Assembly (NCBI GenBank): GCA_964486475.1
Contig: CAZALZ010000003.1
Location: forward strand, 251-64,250
Direction: 5' to 3'
DNA: 64,000 bases
DNA from: an uncultured Gammaproteobacteria bacterium
Lineage (GTDB): Bacteria > Patescibacteriota > Patescibacteriia > Patescibacteriales > WJLG01
In this document: positions 28,153 through 37,396 of the stretch, piece by piece
How positions within the stretch are numbered: position 1 is the first letter of the stretch
Layout: every line of letters starts with the position of its first letter
The notes under the pieces: model-generated
What the model saw: the letters and a program-made list of their open reading frames with translations, nothing else
The model's database searches: none
Told to the model about the DNA's origin: nothing
Translations under genes and position numbers: made by a program

Positions 28153-28545
28153 ATGGATTGTATTTTTTGTAAAATCATCGCTGGTGAAATTCCGGCTACT
28201 AAAATTTACGAAGACGACAAATGCCTGGCTTTTTTGGACATCAAACCGGTTAATCCCGGGCATGTTTTGTTAATACCGAAAAAGCATTTCCCGACCATGG
28301 CGGAAACTCCGGATGGCTTAACAGCTTACATTTATGTAAAAGCTAAAGAATTGATGCCAAAGATAAAAATAGCCATGAAGGCGGATTTTGTCGTCTTATC
28401 AGTTGTCGGGACTGATGTTCCGCACTTTCATATTCACTTGATTCCGCGCTATTTTAGCGACGGGTTGGCCGGTTTTTGGCCGGCAAAAAAATATCAAGAA
28501 GGGGAAATGGCCGCCGTTGCCGAGAAGATTAGAGCCGAAATTTAA
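28153..28545 (+). CDS. HIT family (histidine triad) protein
   Basis: 130 aa. CIFCKII, and HFHIHLIPR (HxHxHxx motif). Confidence 0.9.
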   Translation: MDCIFCKIIAGEIPATKIYEDDKCLAFLDIKPVNPGHVLLIPKKHFPTMAETPDGLTAYIYVKAKELMPKIKIAMKADFVVLSVVGTDVPHFHIHLIPRYFSDGLAGFWPAKKYQEGEMAAVAEKIRAEI

Positions 28546-28634
28546 ACTTCCGGCTTGTTTTTAAAAGAAAAGTGCTTTTAGCCGCGGTTTTTTTATGGTA
28601 TAATAAAACCATTAATATTTAATATTATTTATTT

Positions 28635-29057
28635 ATGTTAAAAAACGTTTTTATAATTGAGGATGATATTAATATCGCTAAAGGTTTGCAAGCCAACCTT
28701 AATTCTTTGGGTTTTGAGGCTGAAACGAATCCTGGCGGAGAAACCGAGGCGGAAGATTTGGTTATGGAAATTAGAAAGGCCGACGCCGACATTGTTATTC
28801 TTGATCTAATCTTGCCGAAGATAGACGGTTTTGAAATAATCAAAGCCATCAGGGCTGATGAAGAAATCAGCGATATTTATATTTTTGTTTTCACTGATGT
28901 GTCTGACGAGGATTCCCGCGCTCGTGGCTTGTCAGTCGGCGCCAATCAATATTTTTTAAAGAATGATTTTTCCGTCTCAGAATTTGCCGAGAAAGTAAAA
29001 AAGATTATGGAAAATCGCGAGGCGATGGAAGAAGCCAGTAATACTTATCAAATCTAA
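28635..29057 (+). CDS. single-domain response regulator (receiver only)
   Basis: 140 aa. IIEDD acidic pocket, phospho-acceptor context IVILDLILPKIDGFEI. No output domain. Confidence 0.85.
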   Translation: MLKNVFIIEDDINIAKGLQANLNSLGFEAETNPGGETEAEDLVMEIRKADADIVILDLILPKIDGFEIIKAIRADEEISDIYIFVFTDVSDEDSRARGLSVGANQYFLKNDFSVSEFAEKVKKIMENREAMEEASNTYQI

Positions 29058-29094
29058 AGTTCCCGTTTTATTATCAAAATTTTCTAAATAAAAA

Positions 29095-31008
29095 ATGAAA
29101 AAATTTTTTTCTAAGGGAAGAAAAATCAAAATCGGTTTTTTAGCCGCCGGAATTTTAATAGTTTTGGCCGCGGTTTTTTTATCGTTCAACAAAAAAGAAG
29201 TTTTAAATTATGAAACAGCCAAAGTTGAAAAGCACGATTTGGTTCAAACTGTTAAGGAAGTCGGCGCGGTAAAATCAGCCGAAGAAATAAAATTAAGCTT
29301 CCCGTTTTCCGGGAAATTAGCTAATAAATTCGTGAATCTCGGCGATGTTATTTTAAAAGATCAAGTAATCGCCGAATTGGATTATTCGGCCGTCCTAATT
29401 GAAAAAACCAATGCCGAATCAAATTTGTCGGCCGCTCGAGCCGGCCTAAACAAGCTGTTGGCCGGAGCTTCTAAAAATGAGATTTCGGTGGTTGAGGCTC
29501 AAGTTTCTCAAGCGCAAAAAGCTTATGACGCGGCCGTGGATAATTTAAATAAGATTAATAAAACCGTGGCTGAAGAAATTCGCCAGGCGGAAAAAAATCT
29601 CGAAGATTTGGTTGACGGCGGCGACAGCACAATAACCACTTACGAAGCTTCCTTGACATCCGCTAAAACAGGTTTGCAAAATGCCCGAGCGACATATCAG
29701 AAAGTTATTGATAATGCGGTGGAGATAGGACTTGTTGATGCCGGTGCTAAACTCTCGGTTGGAAATACTGCGTTGGATAATGTCGGCAAGATGCTTTCCG
29801 ATGATGATATTAAAGATACTTTAAGCGCTAAAAATAAAAATTATTTGAATAATGTAAGGTCGGGGCACACTGAAGCCGAAGAACTTTATTTAACGGCGGC
29901 CGATTCATTGAACAACGCTCTTGTTGATGAAAAAAAAGCAATAGTTGAAAAGGCCCTGGACGATATTTTAGCTTTTTTAAAAAAAACCTCCTATGTTTTA
30001 GACAATTCTTATGTTGCTTTGGAATACAGTACAATGGAACAAACATCTCTGGATTATTATAAAAATATCATCAGTACGCAAATTACTTATAACAATTCGG
30101 CTATTTCAATTATTCAGGTCGATCAGCAGTCTTTAGATAGCGCTTATTTGTCTTATGATACGAATATTTCGACTGCTCAAAATTCTTTAAATCAAGCGCA
30201 AGCTTCTTTTGACAACGCCTTGCTTTCAGCGCAGAATAATTTGTCTAGCGTCCGCTTAAGCGGAGAATCGCGCTTAGCCTCGGCTGATTCTGGTGTTAAA
30301 AATTCCAAAGAAGCTTTAGAGGTTGCTCGCCGCCAATTAAGTCAATTGAAATCTCCGGCGCGGAGCGAAGATGTTGCTTTGTCTCAAGCTAATGTCGACC
30401 AGGCGCAGGCCGCTTTGGATTTGGTTAATAGAAAGATCGACGATAGTTTATTGAAATCACCGATAAACGGCAAGTTAGTCCGCTCGGTTTATGAAATCGG
30501 CGAGCAAATTTCGGCTGGTCAAACCGCTTTCGCCGTTTTGAAAGAAAATAGTTTTGAAATAGAAGTTGATATTTCCGAATCCGATATTGCGAAAATAGAA
30601 GTTGGAAATCAGGCGGAAATCACCTTGGACGCTTTTGGCGATGAGCGGAAAATAAAAGGGAGCGTTATATTTATAGAACCGGCGGAAACCGTAATTCAAG
30701 AAGTAGTTTATTACAAGGTAAAAGTGAGTTTTTCAGAGGATAATGAGAGTAAGACAATGTCGCAAGTAAAATCCGGGATGACTGCTAATGTTAAAATTTA
30801 TACTGGCAGCCGCAATAATGTCTTAGCAGTTCCTGAAAGAGCCATTATAGAAAAATCCAGTAAAAAAATCGTCCGCATTTTGCGGAGCGGTTCTTTGGTT
30901 GAGGCAGTGGTGGAGACCGGCTTGCGCGGTGACGACGGCTTGATTGAATTGATTTCTGGGGCTAAAGAAGGCGATGAAATAGTCGTTTATATTAAGAATT
31001 CCAAATAA
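29095..31008 (+). CDS. HlyD/efflux periplasmic adaptor family protein with a very long coiled coil
   Basis: 637 aa. N-terminal TM, lipoyl-like hairpin halves (VKEVGAV..., SPINGKLV) separated by ~350 aa of coiled coil, C-terminal beta-barrel (VLAVPERAII). Confidence 0.75.
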   Translation: MKKFFSKGRKIKIGFLAAGILIVLAAVFLSFNKKEVLNYETAKVEKHDLVQTVKEVGAVKSAEEIKLSFPFSGKLANKFVNLGDVILKDQVIAELDYSAVLIEKTNAESNLSAARAGLNKLLAGASKNEISVVEAQVSQAQKAYDAAVDNLNKINKTVAEEIRQAEKNLEDLVDGGDSTITTYEASLTSAKTGLQNARATYQKVIDNAVEIGLVDAGAKLSVGNTALDNVGKMLSDDDIKDTLSAKNKNYLNNVRSGHTEAEELYLTAADSLNNALVDEKKAIVEKALDDILAFLKKTSYVLDNSYVALEYSTMEQTSLDYYKNIISTQITYNNSAISIIQVDQQSLDSAYLSYDTNISTAQNSLNQAQASFDNALLSAQNNLSSVRLSGESRLASADSGVKNSKEALEVARRQLSQLKSPARSEDVALSQANVDQAQAALDLVNRKIDDSLLKSPINGKLVRSVYEIGEQISAGQTAFAVLKENSFEIEVDISESDIAKIEVGNQAEITLDAFGDERKIKGSVIFIEPAETVIQEVVYYKVKVSFSEDNESKTMSQVKSGMTANVKIYTGSRNNVLAVPERAIIEKSSKKIVRILRSGSLVEAVVETGLRGDDGLIELISGAKEGDEIVVYIKNSK

Positions 31009-31078
31009 ATAGAGCATTTCAATTTTATAAAATTCCGGTTTAGCGCCGGTTTTTTGATTATAATATTTTTGAAAAACG

Positions 31079-31107
31079 CTGACACCTGCGCTTTTTTGTG
31101 ATATAAT
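31079..31107 (+). promoter_or_regulatory. extended -10 promoter directly abutting the mltG start codon
   Basis: CTGACA (31079-31084), 17-nt spacer, TGaTATAAT (31099-31107). The ATG is at 31116 and there is no SD. Confidence 0.5.
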
Positions 31108-31115
31108 TTACAAAG

Positions 31116-32168
31116 ATGATGAAAAATATTTTTAAAATAATTATTTTATTTGCGATTGCCGCTGTTTTCTGGCTTTTTTTCGCTTACGATTCGGCCAAAA
31201 ACAAGCCCTTGGATGAAAATGGCAAAACTAAAATATTCACAATTGAAACAGGGCAATCGGTCAAGGACGTTTCTTCGGCTTTAAAAAAAGAAGAATTGAT
31301 TAAATCTGATTTTTTCTTTCGTTTTTTGGCCGGCAAAAACAATGATGATAAAAATATCAAGGCTGGAGTTTACGAATTAAGCGCGGCTATGTCAGCTAAA
31401 GAAATTTTGGAAATAATTTCTTTGGGAAAAAGTCTGAATGAGGAACAAGAAGTGACTGTTATTCCCGGATGGACTCGGCGAAATTTGGCGGCTAAAGTTG
31501 AAGAGTGGGGGTTGGCGTCCGACGCCGATTTTTATTCTTTAGCCGGAGAACCGCTTAAAGAATGTTTAAAGAATTCCCCGAAAATAAAAGATTATTCCGA
31601 GTCGTTTGATTTTTTATTCGACAAGCCGGATTGCCGCGGATTGGAAGGGTATCTTTTCCCCGACACTTATCGTTTGTATAAAAATGCTTCCGCTGACGAT
31701 TTAATTGTTAAAATGTTAGAAAATTTTGACAATAAGCTTGCGCCTCAAATGCGCGATGACATAGAAAAACAAGACAAGACTATTTATGAAATAATCACTA
31801 TGGCCTCTATTATAGAGAAAGAAGTTCGGAGTGAAAAAGATATGAAGATTGTATCTGGTATTTTTTGGAATCGTCTGAAAAAAAACCAAGGGCTGGAGTC
31901 TTGCGCTACATTGGCCTATATTCTCGGCGTCAACAAGGCGATTTATTCTTTGGAAGACACTCAGATAGATTCTCCTTATAATACTTATCGCTATAAAGGG
32001 TTGCCCCCCGGTCCGATTTCCAATCCGGGGTTGGCGGCGATTGCCGCCGCAATTTATCCGGCCGAAACCAATTATTTTTATTTTCTTTCCCGATCTGATA
32101 ACGGTGAAACGGTTTTTTCCGAGACTTATGAAGAGCATTTGCGCAATAAAGAAAAATATCTCAAATAA
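31116..32168 (+). CDS. mltG: endolytic murein transglycosylase MltG (YceG family)
   Basis: 350 aa. N-terminal TM, ASIIEKE, YNTYRYKGLPPGPISNPG. Confidence 0.9.
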   Translation: MMKNIFKIIILFAIAAVFWLFFAYDSAKNKPLDENGKTKIFTIETGQSVKDVSSALKKEELIKSDFFFRFLAGKNNDDKNIKAGVYELSAAMSAKEILEIISLGKSLNEEQEVTVIPGWTRRNLAAKVEEWGLASDADFYSLAGEPLKECLKNSPKIKDYSESFDFLFDKPDCRGLEGYLFPDTYRLYKNASADDLIVKMLENFDNKLAPQMRDDIEKQDKTIYEIITMASIIEKEVRSEKDMKIVSGIFWNRLKKNQGLESCATLAYILGVNKAIYSLEDTQIDSPYNTYRYKGLPPGPISNPGLAAIAAAIYPAETNYFYFLSRSDNGETVFSETYEEHLRNKEKYLK

Positions 32169-32178
32169 ATTTGTCTTT

Positions 32179-34488
32179 ATGAAAATCAGAGAAAATTTCA
32201 ATCAAACAGGCAGCGGTTATTTGAAGTTAATTTTATTTTTTACCGGCCTTGTTCTTGTGATTTTTTTTATTTTTTTTGCCATTCAATTCATCCGGAAACA
32301 AAAGTCCTTAACTGAAGAAATAAAAAACGGCCAAGAGGAAAATATTTCCGCCGAAGCGGAAAACAAAGAGTCTTTTTTGCCGCCGGCCGGAGAAGGCGAG
32401 GGGGTTAATGCTTCTTCAACTGAACAATCCAAAGAAACAGCTGAAAAATATTATCCGGGAGATTTTTACGAAAATCCGCCATTGCCGGATAATTTTTCCG
32501 ATTCTTATTCTTTGCCGCTGAATGTCAAAACCGATGTTGTCAATTATTATGACTTTTCCAGAAAAATAGACATAGATAAGGTTTTGCCAGATTTAAATTC
32601 CCAGGGGTTTGCTATTATCGACAGCCCTTTTTCTTCCGCCGAAAATTTCTACGACACTTATGCCGCTTTAAACGACCGCCAAATTCCGCCGCTGATTACG
32701 GTCGATTTTCTAACCTATTATTATCAAAATATAATAAAATCGGTTTATAAGAAGATTGAAAGCGCAGTTTTTTATGATTCGCTCTGGGAGACGAATAAAA
32801 AACTTTATGAAACGGCCAGGATTAGATATGAAAAAAAACTTTCCGAAGCCGGTTTATCCAATGATATTTCCCTGGAAGGGGCTCGCCGAGAATTGTCTTT
32901 TTTGGCGGTTTCTCTTTATCTTTTACAGCCGGCTAAAGATCAGATTGGCGGCGCTTCGGCTTTGGATGGCAATGGAAAATTCTCCGAATCTGAGGCGGAA
33001 AATTTTTCTTTTTCTTTACCGGATTATTTAGAAGATGATGTCTTTTCTGAAATAGCTTTGATTCGCGGCGCCGATCAATCGGTTAAATCCTCGGTTTTTT
33101 TATATGAAAAAGATTATTCGGTTTTTGATGTACCGGAAGAATATCAAGCCAACGCTCGTTTAAAAAATTTCTATTTGGCATCGCTTTGGCTGAATTCCGT
33201 TTGGCCGCTTTACCCCAAGAGCGATAACTGTCCCGATTGTCTTTTGGACAAAGAAGATTGGCGCGTCAACTTTTATGCCGCGCTGCTTTTGTCCGACGAT
33301 TTGGCCTCTTCGCAAGATTTGAAAAATAGCTGGGCGCAGATTTATAAAATTAAATCCTTTTTCGCTGGTTTGCGAAGCGATTTTAATTATTTGCATTATC
33401 GTGAAGCCTTGGATAAAGTTTTTGGTTCTGGCGTTAGAGCGGAAGATGGCTTGTCCGTGGAAAATATTGATAATTATCTGGTTTCTTTGTCCGCGGAGAT
33501 GGGGGAAGCGGAGTTTCCATTGGTTGAAGGAGGCCGAAACAAGGATTTGCCGGCGGAAAAACCTTATATCGGTTTGAGAATGTTGGCGGAGGCGCAATGG
33601 CCGAGTGTTTATATTTTTAGCCGGCTAACGGCCACTTCAACCGGCAATTATTTGGGGAAGCCGGAAGCGGCGGTGAATATTGCTACAGCTTGCACCGAGA
33701 AAAAAATAACCACTCGTTGCGCGGTTTCGGGTTTTGATATGATTAATTTTGCCGTAGACGGCGGTTACTCCAATTCTTATATATCCTCAAACACTGATTA
33801 TGAATTTTATTCGGAAAGAATGGATTCTTTAAAGAAAGAAATTTCTGAATTTACTCCTGTTTCCTGGCATAATAATTTTTTCTGGGCGACATTAGATGTT
33901 ATTAGAAAGAATTATGCCGCGCCGGTCAGCTCCCTGCCTGCTTTCGCCGCTTCAGACGCTTTTCGCCAAAAAGATCTTTATTGGGCTTTATCCTCTTGGG
34001 TTAATTTTCAGCTGCCGCCAGACAATTTTGTTTTAAACGAAAATACCTCTTCTCGGTTAAACAGCGACAGTAAAGAAAATAAACTGATTTCTTACGCTTA
34101 TATAGAACCTAACCAAACGATAGTTTCAGAATTATCGGCTAACGCCGGAATGCTTTTTGACTATTTAACAGCCTTAAAAATCGGCGATCAAGCCGGAGCG
34201 GCTCTATATGATTTGAAAAATTTGAAAGATAATCTTAGTTCCGCCGCGATGATTGTAAAAAAAGAAGCGGCTGGCGAAGATTTATCAGAAGATGATTATA
34301 AATTTATTTCTAACCTTTATCAGGGTTTTTCGGTTGAAAAAAAAGGAGATAAAATTTTAACAATTTACCAGGGTCGAAAGATGGAAGAGAACTTAGAGGG
34401 TGTTAAAATATTGCTCGTTATTTATTCTAAGAAAGGGGGAAAAATAATCGCCGCCGGCCCCATCTTTAATTATAAAGAAAATCGATGA
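32179..34488 (+). CDS. large membrane-anchored extracytoplasmic protein of unknown function
   Basis: 769 aa from the ATG at 32179; the upstream part of the ORF overlaps mltG. One N-terminal TM. 4-nt overlap with the downstream L,D-transpeptidase gene. Confidence 0.65.
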   Translation: MKIRENFNQTGSGYLKLILFFTGLVLVIFFIFFAIQFIRKQKSLTEEIKNGQEENISAEAENKESFLPPAGEGEGVNASSTEQSKETAEKYYPGDFYENPPLPDNFSDSYSLPLNVKTDVVNYYDFSRKIDIDKVLPDLNSQGFAIIDSPFSSAENFYDTYAALNDRQIPPLITVDFLTYYYQNIIKSVYKKIESAVFYDSLWETNKKLYETARIRYEKKLSEAGLSNDISLEGARRELSFLAVSLYLLQPAKDQIGGASALDGNGKFSESEAENFSFSLPDYLEDDVFSEIALIRGADQSVKSSVFLYEKDYSVFDVPEEYQANARLKNFYLASLWLNSVWPLYPKSDNCPDCLLDKEDWRVNFYAALLLSDDLASSQDLKNSWAQIYKIKSFFAGLRSDFNYLHYREALDKVFGSGVRAEDGLSVENIDNYLVSLSAEMGEAEFPLVEGGRNKDLPAEKPYIGLRMLAEAQWPSVYIFSRLTATSTGNYLGKPEAAVNIATACTEKKITTRCAVSGFDMINFAVDGGYSNSYISSNTDYEFYSERMDSLKKEISEFTPVSWHNNFFWATLDVIRKNYAAPVSSLPAFAASDAFRQKDLYWALSSWVNFQLPPDNFVLNENTSSRLNSDSKENKLISYAYIEPNQTIVSELSANAGMLFDYLTALKIGDQAGAALYDLKNLKDNLSSAAMIVKKEAAGEDLSEDDYKFISNLYQGFSVEKKGDKILTIYQGRKMEENLEGVKILLVIYSKKGGKIIAAGPIFNYKENR

Positions 34489-35222
34489 AAAAATTTCTAA
34501 CAATTTTCGCGCTGTTGTTTTTTCTTATCCAACCGGCCCAGGCGGATAAAATTGACTCCGATGGCGACGGCATCAACGATTATGATGAAACAGAGATTTA
34601 TCACACCGATCCGAACAACCCCGACACTGACGGCGACGGCTATAGCGACAAAGAAGAATTAATCAACGGTTTTTCGCCTTGGGAAAAGACTGCCGAAAAA
34701 ATGGAGGAAACCGATTTTGACAATGACGGTTTAAGCGACCGGATGGAATTGAATTTTCACATTAATCCGACAACCGCTGATACGGATGGTGATGGTTATA
34801 ATGACGGAGAGGAAATAAAAGCTGGGTATAATCCGGCCAGCTCTACGCCGGTGAAATTGCCCAAAAAGATAGAAATAAATTTAGCCAAGCAGGAATTATC
34901 TTATTTTTTGGGCGGCGTTAGAATCGGGAAATTTATTATTTCTTCCGGGGTTAATAATACCACTCCCCAAGGAACTTTTTATATCGCCAATAAAATACCG
35001 AACGCTTGGTCAAGCTACGGTTTGTGGATGCCGTATTGGCTGGGATTAAAAGGACAGCGTTTCGGTCTACACGAATTGCCGTATTGGCCGGATGGCCGCC
35101 GCGAAGGGGAATCCAGTTTGGGGCATCCGGCTTCGCATGGCTGCGTTCGGATGGGGCGCAACGGCGAGGCTGAAACTCTTTATAATTGGGCGGAAATTGG
35201 CACTCCGGTAATAATTAATTAA
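34485..35222 (+). CDS. L,D-transpeptidase (YkuD) with N-terminal TSP3-like calcium-binding repeats
   Basis: 245 aa with a signal peptide. Repeats DSDGDGINDYDE, DTDGDGYSDKEE, DFDNDGLSDRME, DTDGDGYNDGEE. Catalytic motif GHPASHGCVRM. Confidence 0.88.
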   Translation: MKKFLTIFALLFFLIQPAQADKIDSDGDGINDYDETEIYHTDPNNPDTDGDGYSDKEELINGFSPWEKTAEKMEETDFDNDGLSDRMELNFHINPTTADTDGDGYNDGEEIKAGYNPASSTPVKLPKKIEINLAKQELSYFLGGVRIGKFIISSGVNNTTPQGTFYIANKIPNAWSSYGLWMPYWLGLKGQRFGLHELPYWPDGRREGESSLGHPASHGCVRMGRNGEAETLYNWAEIGTPVIIN

Positions 35223-35322
35223 AATTGGCTTACTTTAGGATAAAACTTGACTTTATAAAAAAGATGTGGCAAAATCAAATTGTCGCATATTTTTTAAAAA
35301 TTAAACACTTTAATATATTAAT

Positions 35323-35688
35323 ATGTATACACAAAAAGTTTTGGATCATTTTAAAAACCCCCATAATCAGGGAGTTATGATAGATGCTGACGCGATCGGA
35401 CAGCAAGGTAATCCGGTTTGCGGGGATGTTATGAAAATTTATCTAAAAATAAAAGAGAATATTATAGAAGACGTAAAGTTTGAAACTTTAGGTTGTGCGG
35501 CGGCGGTGGCGGTTTCTTCCGATTTGACCGATATGGTCAAAGGCAAAACTTTGGAAGAAGCTTTGGCCGTAACTAAAGATGATATAGTCAATGATTTGGG
35601 CGGTTTGCCGCCGGTTAAAATTCATTGTTCAATGCTTGGGGTTGATGCTCTTTATAAAGCCATTGAAAATTATAAAAATAAAAAATAA
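35323..35688 (+). CDS. iscU: Fe-S cluster scaffold IscU/NifU N-terminal-domain protein
   Basis: 121 aa. GNPVCGDVM, LGCAAAVA, KIHCSML. Confidence 0.92.
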   Translation: MYTQKVLDHFKNPHNQGVMIDADAIGQQGNPVCGDVMKIYLKIKENIIEDVKFETLGCAAAVAVSSDLTDMVKGKTLEEALAVTKDDIVNDLGGLPPVKIHCSMLGVDALYKAIENYKNKK

Positions 35689-35734
35689 TATTAAAATCAT
35701 CTAAATAATAATTAATATTAAATAGTTTAAAATT

Positions 35735-35986
35735 ATGATAGAAGCTGAAACAGGAAAAAGCATTGACGATAGAATTAAGGATTCTTTAAAGTCTGTCCGG
35801 CCCAGCTTGCAGGCTGATGGCGGCGACGTAGAATATGTCGGTTTTGACGAAAAAACCGGTACGGCTAAATTGCGTTTGGTCGGAATGTGTTCACATTGCC
35901 CGATGGCGCAAATGACTTTAGAACAAGGGATTGGGGAGGTTTTAAAGAAAGAAGTTTCAGAAGTGAAAAAAGTGGCCAATGTATAA
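35735..35986 (+). CDS. NifU C-terminal (Nfu-type) Fe-S cluster carrier domain protein
   Basis: 83 aa. LQADGGDVEYVGFD...GMCSHCPMAQMTL (CxxC). Confidence 0.88.
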   Translation: MIEAETGKSIDDRIKDSLKSVRPSLQADGGDVEYVGFDEKTGTAKLRLVGMCSHCPMAQMTLEQGIGEVLKKEVSEVKKVANV

Positions 35987-35999
35987 TTAAATTTTGTTT

Positions 36000-36071
36000 G
36001 TCATTCCCGCGAAAGCGGGAATCCAGTGTTCTTGCAATGAACTTCTATATTCTCGCTTTCGCGGGAATGAC
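36000..36071. repeat. 72-bp palindromic mini-element (REP/MITE-like) between nfu and nifS
   Basis: 18-bp perfect terminal inverted repeats GTCATTCCCGCGAAAGCG (36000-36017) and CGCTTTCGCGGGAATGAC (36054-36071). Each arm has its own GAAA/TTTC-looped mini-hairpin. Translation artefacts are VIPAKAGIQ, RFRGND and AFAGMT. Confidence 0.75.
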
Positions 36072-36083
36072 ATAAAGTATTTT

Positions 36084-37313
36084 ATGGTTTATCTTGATCA
36101 TAGTGCAACTACGCCAATTGATAGTAGAGTACTCAAGGCGATGTTGCCATATTTTGAGAAAGATTTTGGCAACCCGTCTTCCATTCATTCTTTCGGACAG
36201 AAAGCTTTGGCCGGAGTTGATAAAGCCCGCGAACAAGCGGCTGATTTTTTGAATTGCGAATCTTCGGAAATAATTTTCACTTCCGGCGCGACAGAGTCTG
36301 ACAATTTGGCTTTGCACGGAGTAATAAAAGCGGCGATGGCGGCCGGTGTAAAAAAACCGCACTTGATAATTTCTTCCGTAGAACATGATGCCGTAATGGA
36401 GCCGGCGCGCGAACTGGAAAACGAGGGTGTTGAAATTACCCGTTTAAAAGTCGATATAACCGGACGAGTAAATTTGCCTGATTTGGAAAAATCCATAAAA
36501 GAAAATACGGTTTTAGTTTCGATAATGTATGTGAATAGCGAAGTCGGGATAATACAGCCGATCAGGGAAATCGGAAAAATTATTAAAAAAATAAATGAAA
36601 AAAGATTTTCCGTTTGGCAGAAAGAGAGTGCCGCCGAAAAGATTTTAAAACCGCGTAAAATTTATTTTCATACCGATGCCGTGCAGGCGGCTAATTTTTG
36701 CGATTGCGATGTAAAAAAACTCGGCGTCGATTTACTGTCTTTGTCCGGCCACAAAATTTACAGTACAAAAGGGGTCGGTTTGCTTTTTGTGAGGAAGGGT
36801 GCAGAAATCAAACCTCTGGTTTTTGGCGGACATCAGGAAAGGAGTTTGCGTTCCGGAACTTTAAATGTTTCCGGCATCGTCGGTCTGGGAAAAGCTTTAT
36901 CTTTGATAACTCCGGTTTCTCGCGAAAAAAATAATAAAAAAATTTCCGATTTGCGTAATTATTTGGTTGAAGGAATTTTGAAAAATATTCCAGACGCAAC
37001 ATTAAACACTGACAGAGAAAATTCCTCCCCGTCTCATGCGCATTTTACTTTCCGCGGTGCCGAGGGTGAATCGATTTTGATTTCTTTAGATTTTGAGGGA
37101 ATCGCCGTTTCTACCGGTTCGGCCTGCGCTTCGCATTCTTTAACCGGTTCGCACGTTCTCTCGGCTATGGGGGTTTCCGAGGAAAATTCCAATTACGCCA
37201 TTCGTTTTACTCTGGGAAAAAATAATACCAAGGAAGACGTTAAAAAAGTTTTAACTGTTTTGCCGCCGATAATAGAAAGATTAAGAAAGATGAACCCGCT
37301 TTATAAGAAATAA
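36084..37313 (+). CDS. nifS: cysteine desulfurase (NifS/IscS, class V aminotransferase)
   Basis: 409 aa from the ATG at 36084 (MVYLDHSATTP). PLP lysine context SGHKIYSTKG, catalytic Cys STGSACAS. Confidence 0.92.
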   Translation: MVYLDHSATTPIDSRVLKAMLPYFEKDFGNPSSIHSFGQKALAGVDKAREQAADFLNCESSEIIFTSGATESDNLALHGVIKAAMAAGVKKPHLIISSVEHDAVMEPARELENEGVEITRLKVDITGRVNLPDLEKSIKENTVLVSIMYVNSEVGIIQPIREIGKIIKKINEKRFSVWQKESAAEKILKPRKIYFHTDAVQAANFCDCDVKKLGVDLLSLSGHKIYSTKGVGLLFVRKGAEIKPLVFGGHQERSLRSGTLNVSGIVGLGKALSLITPVSREKNNKKISDLRNYLVEGILKNIPDATLNTDRENSSPSHAHFTFRGAEGESILISLDFEGIAVSTGSACASHSLTGSHVLSAMGVSEENSNYAIRFTLGKNNTKEDVKKVLTVLPPIIERLRKMNPLYKK

Positions 37314-37396
37314 TTTTCAATGTTCAATTTACAATTTTCAAATAATGAATAAATTTTAAATTTTTTAAAATTGAAAATTGATAATTAAAAATTCTA

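Noticed and set aside
32041-32178. Upstream ORF extensions overlapping preceding genes (32041, 10667, 19869, 24381, 25157, 38475, 41764, 59935, 62827 starts in the ORF track)
   Set aside because: In each case an internal ATG or GTG right after the upstream gene's stop gives the conserved N-terminus or signal peptide. The extensions overlap confident coding sequence.
35264-35288. ATGTGGCAA-N7-TTGTCGCAT dyad upstream of iscU as an IscR/Rrf2-type operator
   Set aside because: Only 7 of 9 positions are complementary. It overlaps the putative -10 region, and no Rrf2 regulator gene is in the window.
35994-36083. N-terminal extension of the nifS ORF (MFVIPAKAGIQCSCNELLYSRFRGNDIKYF)
   Set aside because: This is the translation of the palindromic mini-element. 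The conserved NifS N-terminus (MVYLDHSATTP) starts at 36084.
37332-37380. 10-bp perfect inverted repeat CAATTTTCAA...TTGAAAATTG between nifS and the first GT4 gene
   Set aside because: It is composed almost entirely of A/T in a very AT-rich spacer with a 29-nt loop. A low-complexity coincidence or a weak terminator is more likely than a specific element.
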